In this document: in pieces, positions 51,034-60,050 of the stretch
Layout: every line of letters starts with the position of its first letter
Numbering within the stretch: the first letter of the stretch is position 1
Assembly (NCBI GenBank): GCA_002869615.1
Contig: PKUH01000110.1
Location: 125,896-189,895, forward strand
Length of the DNA stretch: 64,000 bases
Direction of reading: 5' to 3'
Origin: Desulfuromonas sp.
Lineage (GTDB): Bacteria > Desulfobacterota > Desulfuromonadia > Desulfuromonadales > UBA2294
Translations under genes and position numbers: made by a program
The notes under the pieces: model-generated
Told to the model about the DNA's origin: nothing
The model's input: the letters and a program-made list of their open reading frames with translations, nothing else
Databases searched by the model: none

Positions 51034-51082
51034 AACTCTCAGTTATGTTCAGTTGAGTGAGGGCATTGCGCAGCAATATGTT

Positions 51083-51100
51083 GGATAAGACGTCTTATCC
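51083..51100. promoter_or_regulatory. perfect 18-bp palindrome GGATAAGACGTCTTATCC upstream of the cyclase operon
   Basis: Read directly from the sequence. It lies 50-67 nt upstream of the ATG at 51033. Confidence 0.5.
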
Positions 51101-51346
51101 GACGTACCGAATACGAAAACGACCTCACAACCATTCTAATTTTGATCCTGCTTATTCAGCGAACTTGTATATTTGAAGTTTTGAAACTAATTCTTGCGAA
51201 CAAAGTGAGCGCCTGGGATTAAACCGGCGTCATTAACACTTCGCTATATGGAGGGAGTTCTTTGGTGTGTCCTACTTATTACATTACATTCAAGCCCCCT
51301 CAAGCTTGGGGCTATAATACTAGAATTCAATTACTTTAACAAACAT

Positions 51347-51844
51347 TCATATTATCCCTCTGTCAGCAAGTGATGCATAGCCTCTAGAGCCGACAACTAT
51401 TGAATCCAGCATCCTGATTCCTATAAGATCAGCAGCTTCATTTAACCGCTTAGACAATTCGACATCCTCCCTGCTTGGAGTACTGTCACCGCTTGGGTGA
51501 TTATGTACGAAGATAATCCCAGCTGCTGATGAGAGTAATGCTGACTTGTAAGCATCACGTGGATGAACAATGGCTGCATTCATAGAGCCTGTAGCAATTC
51601 TATCTATAGCCAGTATTCTGTTCTTCGAATCGACATGCACTCCGATGAAGTGTTCCTTTGTTTCGTTTTTCAGGAACCCGAAGAGTTCATAGACTTGCTC
51701 GGATGATGTAATTGGCTTGTCAAGCTTGTCATAGTCAGGCAGCTCTTCCTTGACGATTAACGTGGAGTAGACTGGAGTAATGACTTTGAATCTAATAGTC
51801 GGTTCTGTGTTCATGTCTGTAATGGTTTCGATTGCGAATGTCAT
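51347..51844 (-). CDS. radC: RadC-like JAB/MPN domain protein
   Basis: 165 aa with the JAMM motif HNHPSGDSTPSREDVELSKRL. Confidence 0.88.
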   Translation of the reverse strand: MTFAIETITDMNTEPTIRFKVITPVYSTLIVKEELPDYDKLDKPITSSEQVYELFGFLKNETKEHFIGVHVDSKNRILAIDRIATGSMNAAIVHPRDAYKSALLSSAAGIIFVHNHPSGDSTPSREDVELSKRLNEAADLIGIRMLDSIVVGSRGYASLADRGII

Positions 51845-51871
51845 GGTGTTTCTCCTTTCTAGAGTCTAGAA

Positions 51872-51903
51872 ATAAAAAAAGCTGCTCCTTGATTGGAGAC
51901 AGC
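51872..51903 (-). terminator. rho-independent terminator after ardC
   Basis: Minus-sense GCUGUCUCC...GGAGCAGC followed by UUUUUUUAUU. Confidence 0.55.
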
Positions 51904-51930
51904 TACGGTTAATAGATACGTGGTTGTTTG

Positions 51931-52818
51931 TTATTCGTTGACTGCGGTGTCCTGGACTTCTGGTTGTGCGAGATCCTTGAGGTATTCGAATGCAACTGAA
52001 GCCTGGTTCGCTGCTTTGAATAATATGTTCGGTTTCGCTCCTATAACAGCAGCCCAGTTGGCCAGATATTCAGGATGTTGGTTCTTCTCCAGAGTAATGT
52101 TCAGATAGCTACAGAGGAATGCTGCTGACAGTTCAGCGATCAGTTCTTCATATCCATAAGAACTCGTTCCGAGTTTACCGAGAGTGATTCGACTAAGACG
52201 AGTTGAATGGCCGGACCAGTGTGACAGTTCATGAAAGATCGTGGCGTACCACTCATCATGGTTCTCATACTCCTCCACAACCGGAATATAGATGAGATCC
52301 TTCTTGGGATGGTAAGCAGGACGAAGTCCTTTCTTCCTGATAATGTGAGCTCTCGTGCGCTCGATGAAGTCATCAGCTAACGGATGCCTCGCCTGAGCTT
52401 TGTCATAGTCGGATACGGTCTTCTCCGGTTGACTCAAGTCTGTTTGCTCGATGTTGAACACGGTATAGCTGCGAGTTATCCATCTATACCGCTTCTCCTG
52501 CTCTTCCTCCTCCCCACCATCAGTCTCAATCTCCTTCGGTTCAAAGAAGACGATCTTCTGTCCAACTGAACCTTTGATGACATTACCTCCCATCAGCTTG
52601 CACTGCTTAAAGGTCATCCAGTACGGAGTTGTAAACCCTTCCTGTTCAGCCTTCATCCATAACAGCAAAACATTGACACCCTTGTACATCCTCCTGCTCT
52701 TATAGTTCATCGGCATACAGTTCGATTCGACTAATGGATTAATCCACGGAGCTGTACCTTCTTCCAGTTGCTTCACAAAATCCTTAACCAGTTCATCCAT
52801 CCATTGTTGTTTAGACAT
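51931..52818 (-). CDS. ardC: ArdC-like antirestriction protein (ssDNA-binding N-domain + zincin metallopeptidase)
   Basis: 295 aa. N-terminal EEGTAPWINP pattern and C-terminal FHELSHWSGH (HExxH). Confidence 0.88.
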   Translation of the reverse strand: MSKQQWMDELVKDFVKQLEEGTAPWINPLVESNCMPMNYKSRRMYKGVNVLLLWMKAEQEGFTTPYWMTFKQCKLMGGNVIKGSVGQKIVFFEPKEIETDGGEEEEQEKRYRWITRSYTVFNIEQTDLSQPEKTVSDYDKAQARHPLADDFIERTRAHIIRKKGLRPAYHPKKDLIYIPVVEEYENHDEWYATIFHELSHWSGHSTRLSRITLGKLGTSSYGYEELIAELSAAFLCSYLNITLEKNQHPEYLANWAAVIGAKPNILFKAANQASVAFEYLKDLAQPEVQDTAVNE

Positions 52819-52838
52819 AACAGTTCCCCTTTCATTGA

Positions 52839-53066
52839 TTATTTGTATTGGTCTTCAGTCATGTTCTCGATCATCAGCTGCTTGCGTGACCTCTGCTCCA
52901 GGCGATCTTCATAGGCTTTACGGATCTCACTCGATCTCCATGCAACAATCCTCGTCTTGTCAGTACAAAACTCATTGGCACTATTGATCTGGTGAGAGAC
53001 TTCCTTCTTTGCTATGACGGTGAGATCGGTCACTGCACTTGAGATGTTCCTGATACTTTTCAACAT
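52839..53066 (-). CDS. hypothetical small protein
   Basis: 75 aa with GGAGAA upstream, in an operon with ardC. Confidence 0.5.
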   Translation of the reverse strand: MLKSIRNISSAVTDLTVIAKKEVSHQINSANEFCTDKTRIVAWRSSEIRKAYEDRLEQRSRKQLMIENMTEDQYK

Positions 53067-53093
53067 GGTTGTTCTCCTTTACTTGGGTTGAAT

Positions 53094-53124
53094 AAAAAAG
53101 GCGCTCCGCACAATACGGAACGCC
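53094..53124 (-). terminator. rho-independent terminator
   Basis: Minus-sense GGCGUUCCG...CGGAGCGCC followed by UUUUUUAUU. Confidence 0.55.
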
Positions 53125-53151
53125 CAGGTTGATAATTATTTACTTGTCCAG

Positions 53152-53370
53152 TTACGCGATTACGAGTTCATAGTTCTCCTGGCTCAAAACAATGTGAAGC
53201 ATCCGCATCAATACACCGAATGCGAATAGCAGATACATCCCTTGCGTCAATAACGTATACGCAGGATGAATCAGTAAAAACAGTACGAGCCATAGAATAC
53301 TCGCTCCTCCTACGAGAGACAATTTTCTGATTAATCGTTTGTTGAGTTTCCTGTAGCTGAACATGGTCAT
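53152..53370 (-). CDS. hypothetical small 2-TM membrane protein
   Basis: 72 aa with two hydrophobic helices and GGAGAA upstream. Confidence 0.5.
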   Translation of the reverse strand: MTMFSYRKLNKRLIRKLSLVGGASILWLVLFLLIHPAYTLLTQGMYLLFAFGVLMRMLHIVLSQENYELVIA

Positions 53371-53776
53371 TCTCCTTTTCGTTTGAGTTGATATATCGTC
53401 TGGCCAGACGTAAAAAAGACACGAGGCAACAGAGCCAAGTGTCTTGGGTGGATAGTGTTTATATAGCTATAGATGCTAAACCACAGTACGTACTGCAATT
53501 ACAGTTTGCGTTGATTTGGAGCTTAATATGGAGCTCAGAGATGTGTTCTGTTGGTGAGTTTTAAGTGCTTATATAGTGATCTATATTTCCAGAAAAAGAG
53601 ACCCCGGGGTTGTTATATAGAGCGAAGTCGTTTCTATTCTTTCTACCTGGGGTTTAGGTCCGCAGAGTCATTTTGGATTTGGATTGGGCCTTTTGAACCT
53701 TTCTATAAATCCTAAGGAGATATAAGAATTAGATATAGTAGGATTAATAATAATTCTGAGCCAACCTTCTTATAAA

Positions 53777-53802
53777 TGGTGACTTATGAGAAGCTTTTTT
53801 CT
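53777..53802 (-). repeat. island repeat core copy (sense TTCTCATAAGTCACCATTTATAAGAA)
   Basis: Imperfect inverted repeat TTCTCATAA/TTATAAGAA. Related copies lie at 56188-56213 and 57987-58012. Confidence 0.8.
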
Positions 53803-53815
53803 ATTCCGATCTCTG

Positions 53816-54832
53816 CTAGTTTGGCGTGTTAGTTTTATCCAAAATAGCCAAAATATTTTTCACATCTTCTTTATAGCCCTCATCTTCGGCAAATGATCGT
53901 ATAAATAGTCTGGCTTTATCCGTCGTAAAAAATGTGTTTATAAAGATTTCCCGCTCAGTGGTCAATTCGTAATAATCAAGCCAATGTGCAACATTCAGCA
54001 ATGAACGCATAATACCCGCCCAAACAAGATATATTCTTTCTTTAAAGAACCCATACGCCCCATTTTTATCCAATCGAAAAATATGAAAATGCTTCTCGAT
54101 CATATTTCCATAAATGGACAAAACGTCTTCACGTGAAAACCGGTCAACATCCTTGTATGAATTAACACTCCCTAGAAATTCCAAATATTCATCCATAAAA
54201 GAATAATCTATCTCCTCTGTACCTTCATACATATGATCAAAACTGACCTGATCCTCTTTGATTATAAGCATCATTAGCGTATTATATTCTTCAATCTGGC
54301 CTGTACTCTTGTAACTTCGCATCAAAACATAATTGGTACTTCCAAACCTGCACACATCTAGAATATCTTCTAAATACTTGGTTTTTTCTTCAGTTATTGC
54401 TGTTATTTGAAGATTATTTTTCTTTATGTGATTTTGTATTTTCCACCGAATCTCGTTAATCTTTGCCATTTTATCGCTCTTTGTTTTCTCGTCAGGAAAA
54501 CATGGGTTGAACTTTTCTCTCATGTGCCGAGCGATGATAGTCGAGGCTTTCTTGAATACAATCTTGTTGTCATCCGACAATGCATAGCTCTCGTCTTGAG
54601 ATTCTACGAGCAGAATACTGGCAAAGTACATATTGCGAGCAACAGGGATATTGTTCGGCTTGTAATCCCGGTTCAGTACATATTGCTTCAAGGTGTCGAA
54701 CTCACCAGCAGTCAACACCCTTACCTTGAAATTAGCCGGATTTATGATTGCAACTACATCGGAAACAACAGCGGAATACGCAGTTGTCGAGAGCATAGAA
54801 AATACTAGAAGAGAAAGAATCAGGCGTAGCAT
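53816..54832 (-). CDS. hypothetical secreted protein
   Basis: Start at the ATG at 54832 behind GGAGGGGAC, with signal peptide MLRLILSLLVFSMLSTTAYSA. Confidence 0.7.
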   Translation of the reverse strand: MLRLILSLLVFSMLSTTAYSAVVSDVVAIINPANFKVRVLTAGEFDTLKQYVLNRDYKPNNIPVARNMYFASILLVESQDESYALSDDNKIVFKKASTIIARHMREKFNPCFPDEKTKSDKMAKINEIRWKIQNHIKKNNLQITAITEEKTKYLEDILDVCRFGSTNYVLMRSYKSTGQIEEYNTLMMLIIKEDQVSFDHMYEGTEEIDYSFMDEYLEFLGSVNSYKDVDRFSREDVLSIYGNMIEKHFHIFRLDKNGAYGFFKERIYLVWAGIMRSLLNVAHWLDYYELTTEREIFINTFFTTDKARLFIRSFAEDEGYKEDVKNILAILDKTNTPN

Positions 54833-55003
54833 GTCCCCTCCAAACGTCAAATTCCTATAATGCGACATAAATAGTAGAAATCACAGTACTCGAAACAGAA
54901 AGAACGGTCAACCAGATGACCGTTCCTATTAATCCTGTTATTTCTCATGAAAGGCTGAATCGTCCTCAATTCTGGCTGTAAAGCTCCCTCTTTTAGGACC
55001 ACC

Positions 55004-56103
55004 TTAATTGAGACTTTCCGGCTGTTGATTCACAGTTAAATATTCCTTTGGTGTCAAGTTGCCGAGCGACTCATGTGGTCGCTCTTCATTGTATTCAACA
55101 ACCCAATCATCTGTGATCTGTTGCACTTCTTGAAGATGATCGAAAACATACATGTCCAGAACTTCAGTACGGTATGTCCGATTAAATCTTTCAACAAAAC
55201 CATTTTGCATGGGCCGTCCCGGTTGGGTGAACTCAAGTTTGACGCCGTTCCGATCTGCCCAGCCCGCAAGCCTCACACTCGTTAATTCAGGTCCGTTATC
55301 CACTCTTAACTTCTCTGGATAGCCTCGCCAGGTAGCAACGTTATCCAGTATCCACACAACCCTTTCAGCCGTAAGGCTGTTATCAACTTCAATGGTCAGT
55401 ACTTCACGATTATAATCATCAACCAGGTTGAAAGTCCGAAAACGTCGGCCACACCAAAGCGCATCACTCATAAAGTCAGCGCTCCAACACTGGTTAATGC
55501 TACCAGGTACGCTTAACGGTTCCGGGTTTCTTTTGGGCAGCCGCCTCTTACCTTTGCGCCGAATGTTAAGTTTTAGCCCACAGTAGACTCGATAGACCCT
55601 TTTATGATTCCATTGATGTCCACGCCGACGAATCATCTGAAACATTTTGCCAAATCCATATTGAGGCTTTTTCTCTGCCAGATCCAACAGCACCTTGATG
55701 ATCGGACCATCCTTCTCTCGGTTTGGTTGATAATAATAGACCGAGCGATTCAAGGAAACTACCTGACAGGCTGCACGGGTACTCAACCCTACAGATGCTT
55801 TGGCAAAATCAACCAGACCCCGTTTCTCCGTCGGCGTTAAAGCTTTTTTTCAATGATCTCCTTTAACGCACGATTCTCCAGGCTGGTGTCGGCAAACATC
55901 TGCTTTAAACGCCGATTTTCCTTCTCAAGTTCTTTCAGTCGCGCCAGCTCTGACACTTCCATTCCGCTGTAAAGCGATTGCCAACGGTAGAAAGTTGCTC
56001 GGGATATTCCGTGCGTACGACAGACTTCCTGATACGATTTGCCAGCTTCAGCCTCTTTTAGGATCTTGACGATTTGTGATTCACTGAACTTGGATTTACG
56101 CAT
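55004..56103 (-). CDS. IS3 transposase OrfA/OrfAB produced by programmed -1 frameshift
   Basis: OrfA (55837-56103) is an HTH protein. OrfB (55004-55786 and upstream) has the DDE pattern WSADF...VDNGPE...ERFNRTYRTE. The -1 frame after the slippery site continues as KKALTPTEKRGLVDFAKASVGLSTRAACQ... Confidence 0.9.
55844..55850 (-). promoter_or_regulatory. A AAA AAG slippery heptamer for the -1 frameshift
   Basis: Sense ATT GAA AAA AAG CTT TAA at the end of orfA. Confidence 0.8.
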
Positions 56104-56187
56104 GCGATGAGTCCTCCCTATAGCTATTAATTATGCCAAGAAGTCTCATAATTGCTGGTACTATTTTAAGGGAGGTTTACATGGCAA

Positions 56188-56213
56188 TTCCTATAAACCC
56201 TGCAATTTAAGAA
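56188..56213 (-). repeat. island repeat core, variant copy (sense TTCTTAAATTGCAGGGTTTATAGGAA)
   Basis: Aligns with the 57987-58012 copy. It is separated from its promoter-proximal half by the IS3 element. Confidence 0.75.
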
Positions 56214-56255
56214 TACTGAACGCTTCCTGGCAGTGGTGACTAATAGGAATCAACA

Positions 56256-56783
56256 TTATGGTTCATACGGATTATCTACAAGCTTCAAATGACTCCGAGT
56301 GCCATCTCCATAAATATGTTCTCTGAGCCATTTAACTCCGTCAGAAAATTTGTTTGTGTAGTTTTGTAGATTTTTGATTTGTCGATATTCGTTATAGTGC
56401 GACAAGAATTTATTGAAATATGCCTCAGCCTCATCCATGTTGTAATTCATCACAGCAGATACAGCAGCCCCATAATACATCCGAAGTGGATTATCAGCCG
56501 ATGCATATTCCTCGTGAATGCTAATTGCTTTTGTAAATGCTGACAAACTATCAGGGTAATTCTCATCTTCATACAGAAGAAACTCTCCTTCAGATCGCCA
56601 TATTGCTGAAGCATATTTTTCTGGCATCTTATTAAGCCAGTCTCTTCTTAGAGTCTTTGCCTTTTCTATTTCACCACTGCTTGTAAGCTTATCTATTTGA
56701 TAACCAACACTCATATATTTACAAAAAGGAATGCGACAGAGTAACCACCAAATGGGAAATTTAATGTATTTGATAATCTTCAA
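56256..56783 (-). CDS. hypothetical protein (helical, TPR-like)
   Basis: 175 aa. The track start is a TTG. An alternative start is the ATG at MSVGYQ. Confidence 0.55.
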   Translation of the reverse strand: MKIIKYIKFPIWWLLCRIPFCKYMSVGYQIDKLTSSGEIEKAKTLRRDWLNKMPEKYASAIWRSEGEFLLYEDENYPDSLSAFTKAISIHEEYASADNPLRMYYGAAVSAVMNYNMDEAEAYFNKFLSHYNEYRQIKNLQNYTNKFSDGVKWLREHIYGDGTRSHLKLVDNPYEP

Positions 56784-56887
56784 AAAACTGTCCTAAATAT
56801 GCCGCAATTTAAGAAGCTCAAAACCATCTCGCCAGTAGTGACTTATGAGAAACTTTATATCACGGTGTCTATGAAATCAGGGTCGAT

Positions 56888-57841
56888 TCATTCCTCGACC
56901 TTGATCCCCTCTGGATCACCAACCACATCAATTATCTTTTCAACAATTCCTTGGTATGGTTCACCTAACCCATATGTTTCTTTCAATGTTCTGATAGATT
57001 TTTTTGATGTAAACATCTTTTTTGCAAAAGTCCTTGCAAGCGCCTCCTGCCCACTCTCAGTAAGCACATGGAAGAAGACAATTGAGGAATGTAGTGCAGG
57101 CCCAAAAATATCGAATGAATGAAGTTCACGTGGTTCTTGAATCAAGATATCTAAATCAAATGCCCAATAGTGTTTAATAGTAAGGTAACTATACAAATCA
57201 ATAAGCTGCTTAATACTCAAATTATATTGATCATCGAAGACATTATTAAAAAAATGATTATATGATCCTCTTAATTGCCGCCCTTCAGTTCCTCGATAAT
57301 GCCTATAGAAAACATCATCTTCCGCTAAATAATACAGAAATGTCTCGTTGTCTTTATATGCTTCGCTCACAGCTCTGCGACGTTCAAGTAACTCTTTCCT
57401 CGCTTGGCGTGATTTATCATCAAATGGCTCGTACCTTGAGTAAGCTGTCTCTTCAATGTTCATATGGCTGTTAATATAATCAATCTTCTTCTGCCATAGA
57501 TCCTGCGCTAATTCATATGTGCTTAATTCTATCTCGCTCTTTATTTTATATTGATAGTCCTTATGCCCAATGGCGTACTTGCGAGTATAGTGGTCAATCA
57601 ATATATCCGAGAGGTAGAGGGCGTCGATTAACAGTTCCCTGTCCTTAACAGCTTCGGGGTCAAAATCCGTGAATAGTTCCTCAAGGAATATGTGTTCTTC
57701 AGAGGTTAGCGAATAGTCTGTATCACTGAAGATGTTTAGCTTCAGCTTGTAAATTTCATCTTGATTTAGGGATTGGAGAGAATCTGCTACGGAGTAGCTA
57801 CTAAGTGTGGCAAGTAGGAGTGCTATTATAATGCGAACCAT
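56888..57841 (-). CDS. hypothetical secreted protein
   Basis: 317 aa with signal peptide MVRIIIALLLATLSSYSVA and the same GGAGGGGACATG start context as the gene at 54832. Confidence 0.7.
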   Translation of the reverse strand: MVRIIIALLLATLSSYSVADSLQSLNQDEIYKLKLNIFSDTDYSLTSEEHIFLEELFTDFDPEAVKDRELLIDALYLSDILIDHYTRKYAIGHKDYQYKIKSEIELSTYELAQDLWQKKIDYINSHMNIEETAYSRYEPFDDKSRQARKELLERRRAVSEAYKDNETFLYYLAEDDVFYRHYRGTEGRQLRGSYNHFFNNVFDDQYNLSIKQLIDLYSYLTIKHYWAFDLDILIQEPRELHSFDIFGPALHSSIVFFHVLTESGQEALARTFAKKMFTSKKSIRTLKETYGLGEPYQGIVEKIIDVVGDPEGIKVEE

Positions 57842-57986
57842 GTCCCCTCCGAGCTACAGATTCCTACAAACATACATAAATAATAAAATCCAATCTACTT
57901 GAAATATATCGAACGGTCAAACAATTGACTTTCTTATTTGTCCTACTATTTCTCATCCAAGGTTCAAAACCAGCCAGATTTCCCGT

Positions 57987-58012
57987 TTCTTATAAACCCT
58001 GACTTATGAGAA
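57987..58012 (-). repeat. island repeat core copy (sense TTCTCATAAGTCAGGGTTTATAAGAA)
   Basis: It heads a roughly 175-nt leader homologous to the one upstream of 54832. Confidence 0.8.
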
Positions 58013-58074
58013 GCGGATTAAACTTAGCCATGTACTGCTGTAGAAAGATGAGGTAAAGCTTTTTTGTAAGCTTA

Positions 58075-59583
58075 TTATTGGCTCACCCATCTAAAGTCAC
58101 CACGATGCGAAGAGTCCACTATGTACTTGTGATCATCATCAGTAACCTTTGGATCAATCACAGTAAGAAAGTTGGAATGCATCATGGGATTCCTCTGCGG
58201 GATCAGAGCTAATAGTTTGTTCCCGCTAGGAGACCAAGCGTGGTAGCGACCACTGAGATCTCGATATCCAACTTGTTCCTTTCCAGTCTTCATGTTCCGA
58301 CGTACAATGTCATAGCCTCTATCTTCATTCTCTCGAATGAATGAAAGCTCATTTGTCGCTGTAACTAGGCGAGGGTCACGTCCCTCTGTAATTCTGTTGG
58401 TTGAACTTGTGTTTAAGTCGTAGAGATGAAGGTCTTTTGGGAACCGGCCTTTCTCAGCATAGGCTAGGCCCATACCAGTACCCGTTGTACTCCTGAAGTC
58501 ATATAAGGACGTGTCTCGTAAAGTTGTATAGATGAGTCCTTGTGAATCGCTAGTCCAGACAAGACCATCCTTCAGCACCTTCATCTGTGCTTCTTGTAGT
58601 AGCTCTCCTGTCTCGGTACTGAATATTTTAAGCCTACAGGCACTACCTATCATGAAATGGCTCACCTCATCCCTAGGAGCCTCGACTTCATGCTGCCACT
58701 CAAGAGCTGCAACCTTCTTAAGGTCTGGTGATATACGTATGTAGCGAGCATCGGTATCAATTGTTGTGATCAGCTTTACGTCTGGAATACTGAAGACAGA
58801 CTTCTGCTTATCTTCCCAGTTATCAGTCCTGATATCGCAAACAAAGACATTGCCTTTTGCATCCCAAGATCTCTCTATTCCGAAGCCGCCAGGGTCATAG
58901 CTTTCTGTCGTACCGTCCCCTACATTGAATCGCTTCAATATCTCTCTGGATCGATTCTCACTTTTCACATTATCTGTATAGAAGATATAACCTGACTCAC
59001 CTTCAAGTAGGGATTGCTCAGTCCACTTCTGCGCGGTTTTATTGTCTAGTGACCCAGAGTAGCTTAAGTAAGCAATAGCTAAAGCAAACTGCGCCACAAA
59101 CACAAATATATAGCTAATAAAGTTAAAGTATAAAGCATACGAAGATGTTCTCTTCCATGTCAGACCAGTACTTCTGTAGAACCACTTGAGCAAGGGCCAT
59201 TCAGCTATCACTGACACGAAGAACATCGTGATGAAGAGATCCATTGCGCCAGGAAAATCTATCTGCTGACTTTGATTGTAGGCCCATAGAATTATGGAGC
59301 CAACAGCACTAGATGCAACATTGAAAAGAGTTACACGGAATACAGTTGTCGTGAACTTTACTTCTTTGATCCACCTTCGAATCAAGAAAGTTTCAATGAC
59401 GATTACTAGGAGGAGAAGGATTGTTGCGGGAACGAATGTTCCTGACATGAAGACGTTAGATAGAGGGACAATTGCGTTAGCTTGACAGATAGATGGCACC
59501 ACTAGCGTTAATACGCAAGCAAACACGCCATACAAACCCCTTTTAATTGCATTCTCATAACAGTACATAAGTCTTACTTGCAT
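58075..59583 (-). CDS. polytopic membrane N-domain fused to a TolB-like beta-propeller
   Basis: 502 aa. About 5 TM helices in the first 180 aa, then WD40/PD40-like repeats (SPDLKKVAAL, WTSDSQGLIYT, AWSPSGNKLLAL). Confidence 0.7.
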   Translation of the reverse strand: MQVRLMYCYENAIKRGLYGVFACVLTLVVPSICQANAIVPLSNVFMSGTFVPATILLLLVIVIETFLIRRWIKEVKFTTTVFRVTLFNVASSAVGSIILWAYNQSQQIDFPGAMDLFITMFFVSVIAEWPLLKWFYRSTGLTWKRTSSYALYFNFISYIFVFVAQFALAIAYLSYSGSLDNKTAQKWTEQSLLEGESGYIFYTDNVKSENRSREILKRFNVGDGTTESYDPGGFGIERSWDAKGNVFVCDIRTDNWEDKQKSVFSIPDVKLITTIDTDARYIRISPDLKKVAALEWQHEVEAPRDEVSHFMIGSACRLKIFSTETGELLQEAQMKVLKDGLVWTSDSQGLIYTTLRDTSLYDFRSTTGTGMGLAYAEKGRFPKDLHLYDLNTSSTNRITEGRDPRLVTATNELSFIRENEDRGYDIVRRNMKTGKEQVGYRDLSGRYHAWSPSGNKLLALIPQRNPMMHSNFLTVIDPKVTDDDHKYIVDSSHRGDFRWVSQ

Positions 59584-59637
59584 AGTTAATGCTCTATTTC
59601 CTTGGGCGGATTGGGGCCATTGCCTATCCCAATAGCT

Positions 59638-60042
59638 TTAATTATCACTTACAGGCCAGAACTTATAACCTGATAAATATTTCCCACGTTCTGGAGCACC
59701 AGAAAAGATAATTGCTTTTTTGTCTTTAAAAACCACCAGAGGATAATCTTTAGATTTATTGTAAACAGCATTAGCTGTTTCCATCACATATCTGAAGGTG
59801 TAGGCGTTATCAGTGCACGACCAGTTGCCTCTGTATGATTTAGTTTCTAAAGTTTCTGGCTTACCTGCTATATATGCTCCCCAAGAAACAATAAATTCAT
59901 TGCCACTTACTATTTCTAAATCAACTCCCCATTCGCTCTCAGTTATAAGCTTGTAATTACCAACTGGAAGATCACTCGCTAGTGTATTGGCAGCTAATGC
60001 CAGGGTCAGTATTAACGGTGCTGTGAGAATAGTACGTGTCAT
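59638..60042 (-). CDS. hypothetical secreted protein
   Basis: 134 aa with signal peptide MTRTILTAPLILTLALAANTLA. Confidence 0.6.
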   Translation of the reverse strand: MTRTILTAPLILTLALAANTLASDLPVGNYKLITESEWGVDLEIVSGNEFIVSWGAYIAGKPETLETKSYRGNWSCTDNAYTFRYVMETANAVYNKSKDYPLVVFKDKKAIIFSGAPERGKYLSGYKFWPVSDN

Positions 60043-60050
60043 AGGATTGT

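Larger units (their letters stand above)
54977..56181 (-). mobile_element. IS3-family insertion sequence (1205 bp)
   Basis: Terminal inverted repeats TGTAAAGCTCCCT... and TGTAAACCTCCCT... (reverse complement of the right end), flanked by a 4-bp direct repeat TGGC (54973-54976 and 56182-56185). Confidence 0.9.

Noticed and set aside
51075-51115. Resemblance of GGATAAGACGTCTTATCCGACGTACCG to enterobacterial REP/BIME elements (CTTATCCGGCCTAC-type).
   Set aside because: There is only a single copy in the window, the similarity is limited to a few bases, and it has a perfect no-loop palindrome unlike REPs. I treat it as a possible operator instead.
53777-58012. The repeated intergenic elements as integron attC sites, with the cassette array as an integron.
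   Set aside because: I could not recognise RYYYAAC/GTTRRRY core sites. The only recombinase is a 496-521 aa tRNA-site integrase rather than an IntI. The repeats include a sigma70-like -35/-10 and the RBS, so they look like promoters rather than 3' cassette recombination sites.
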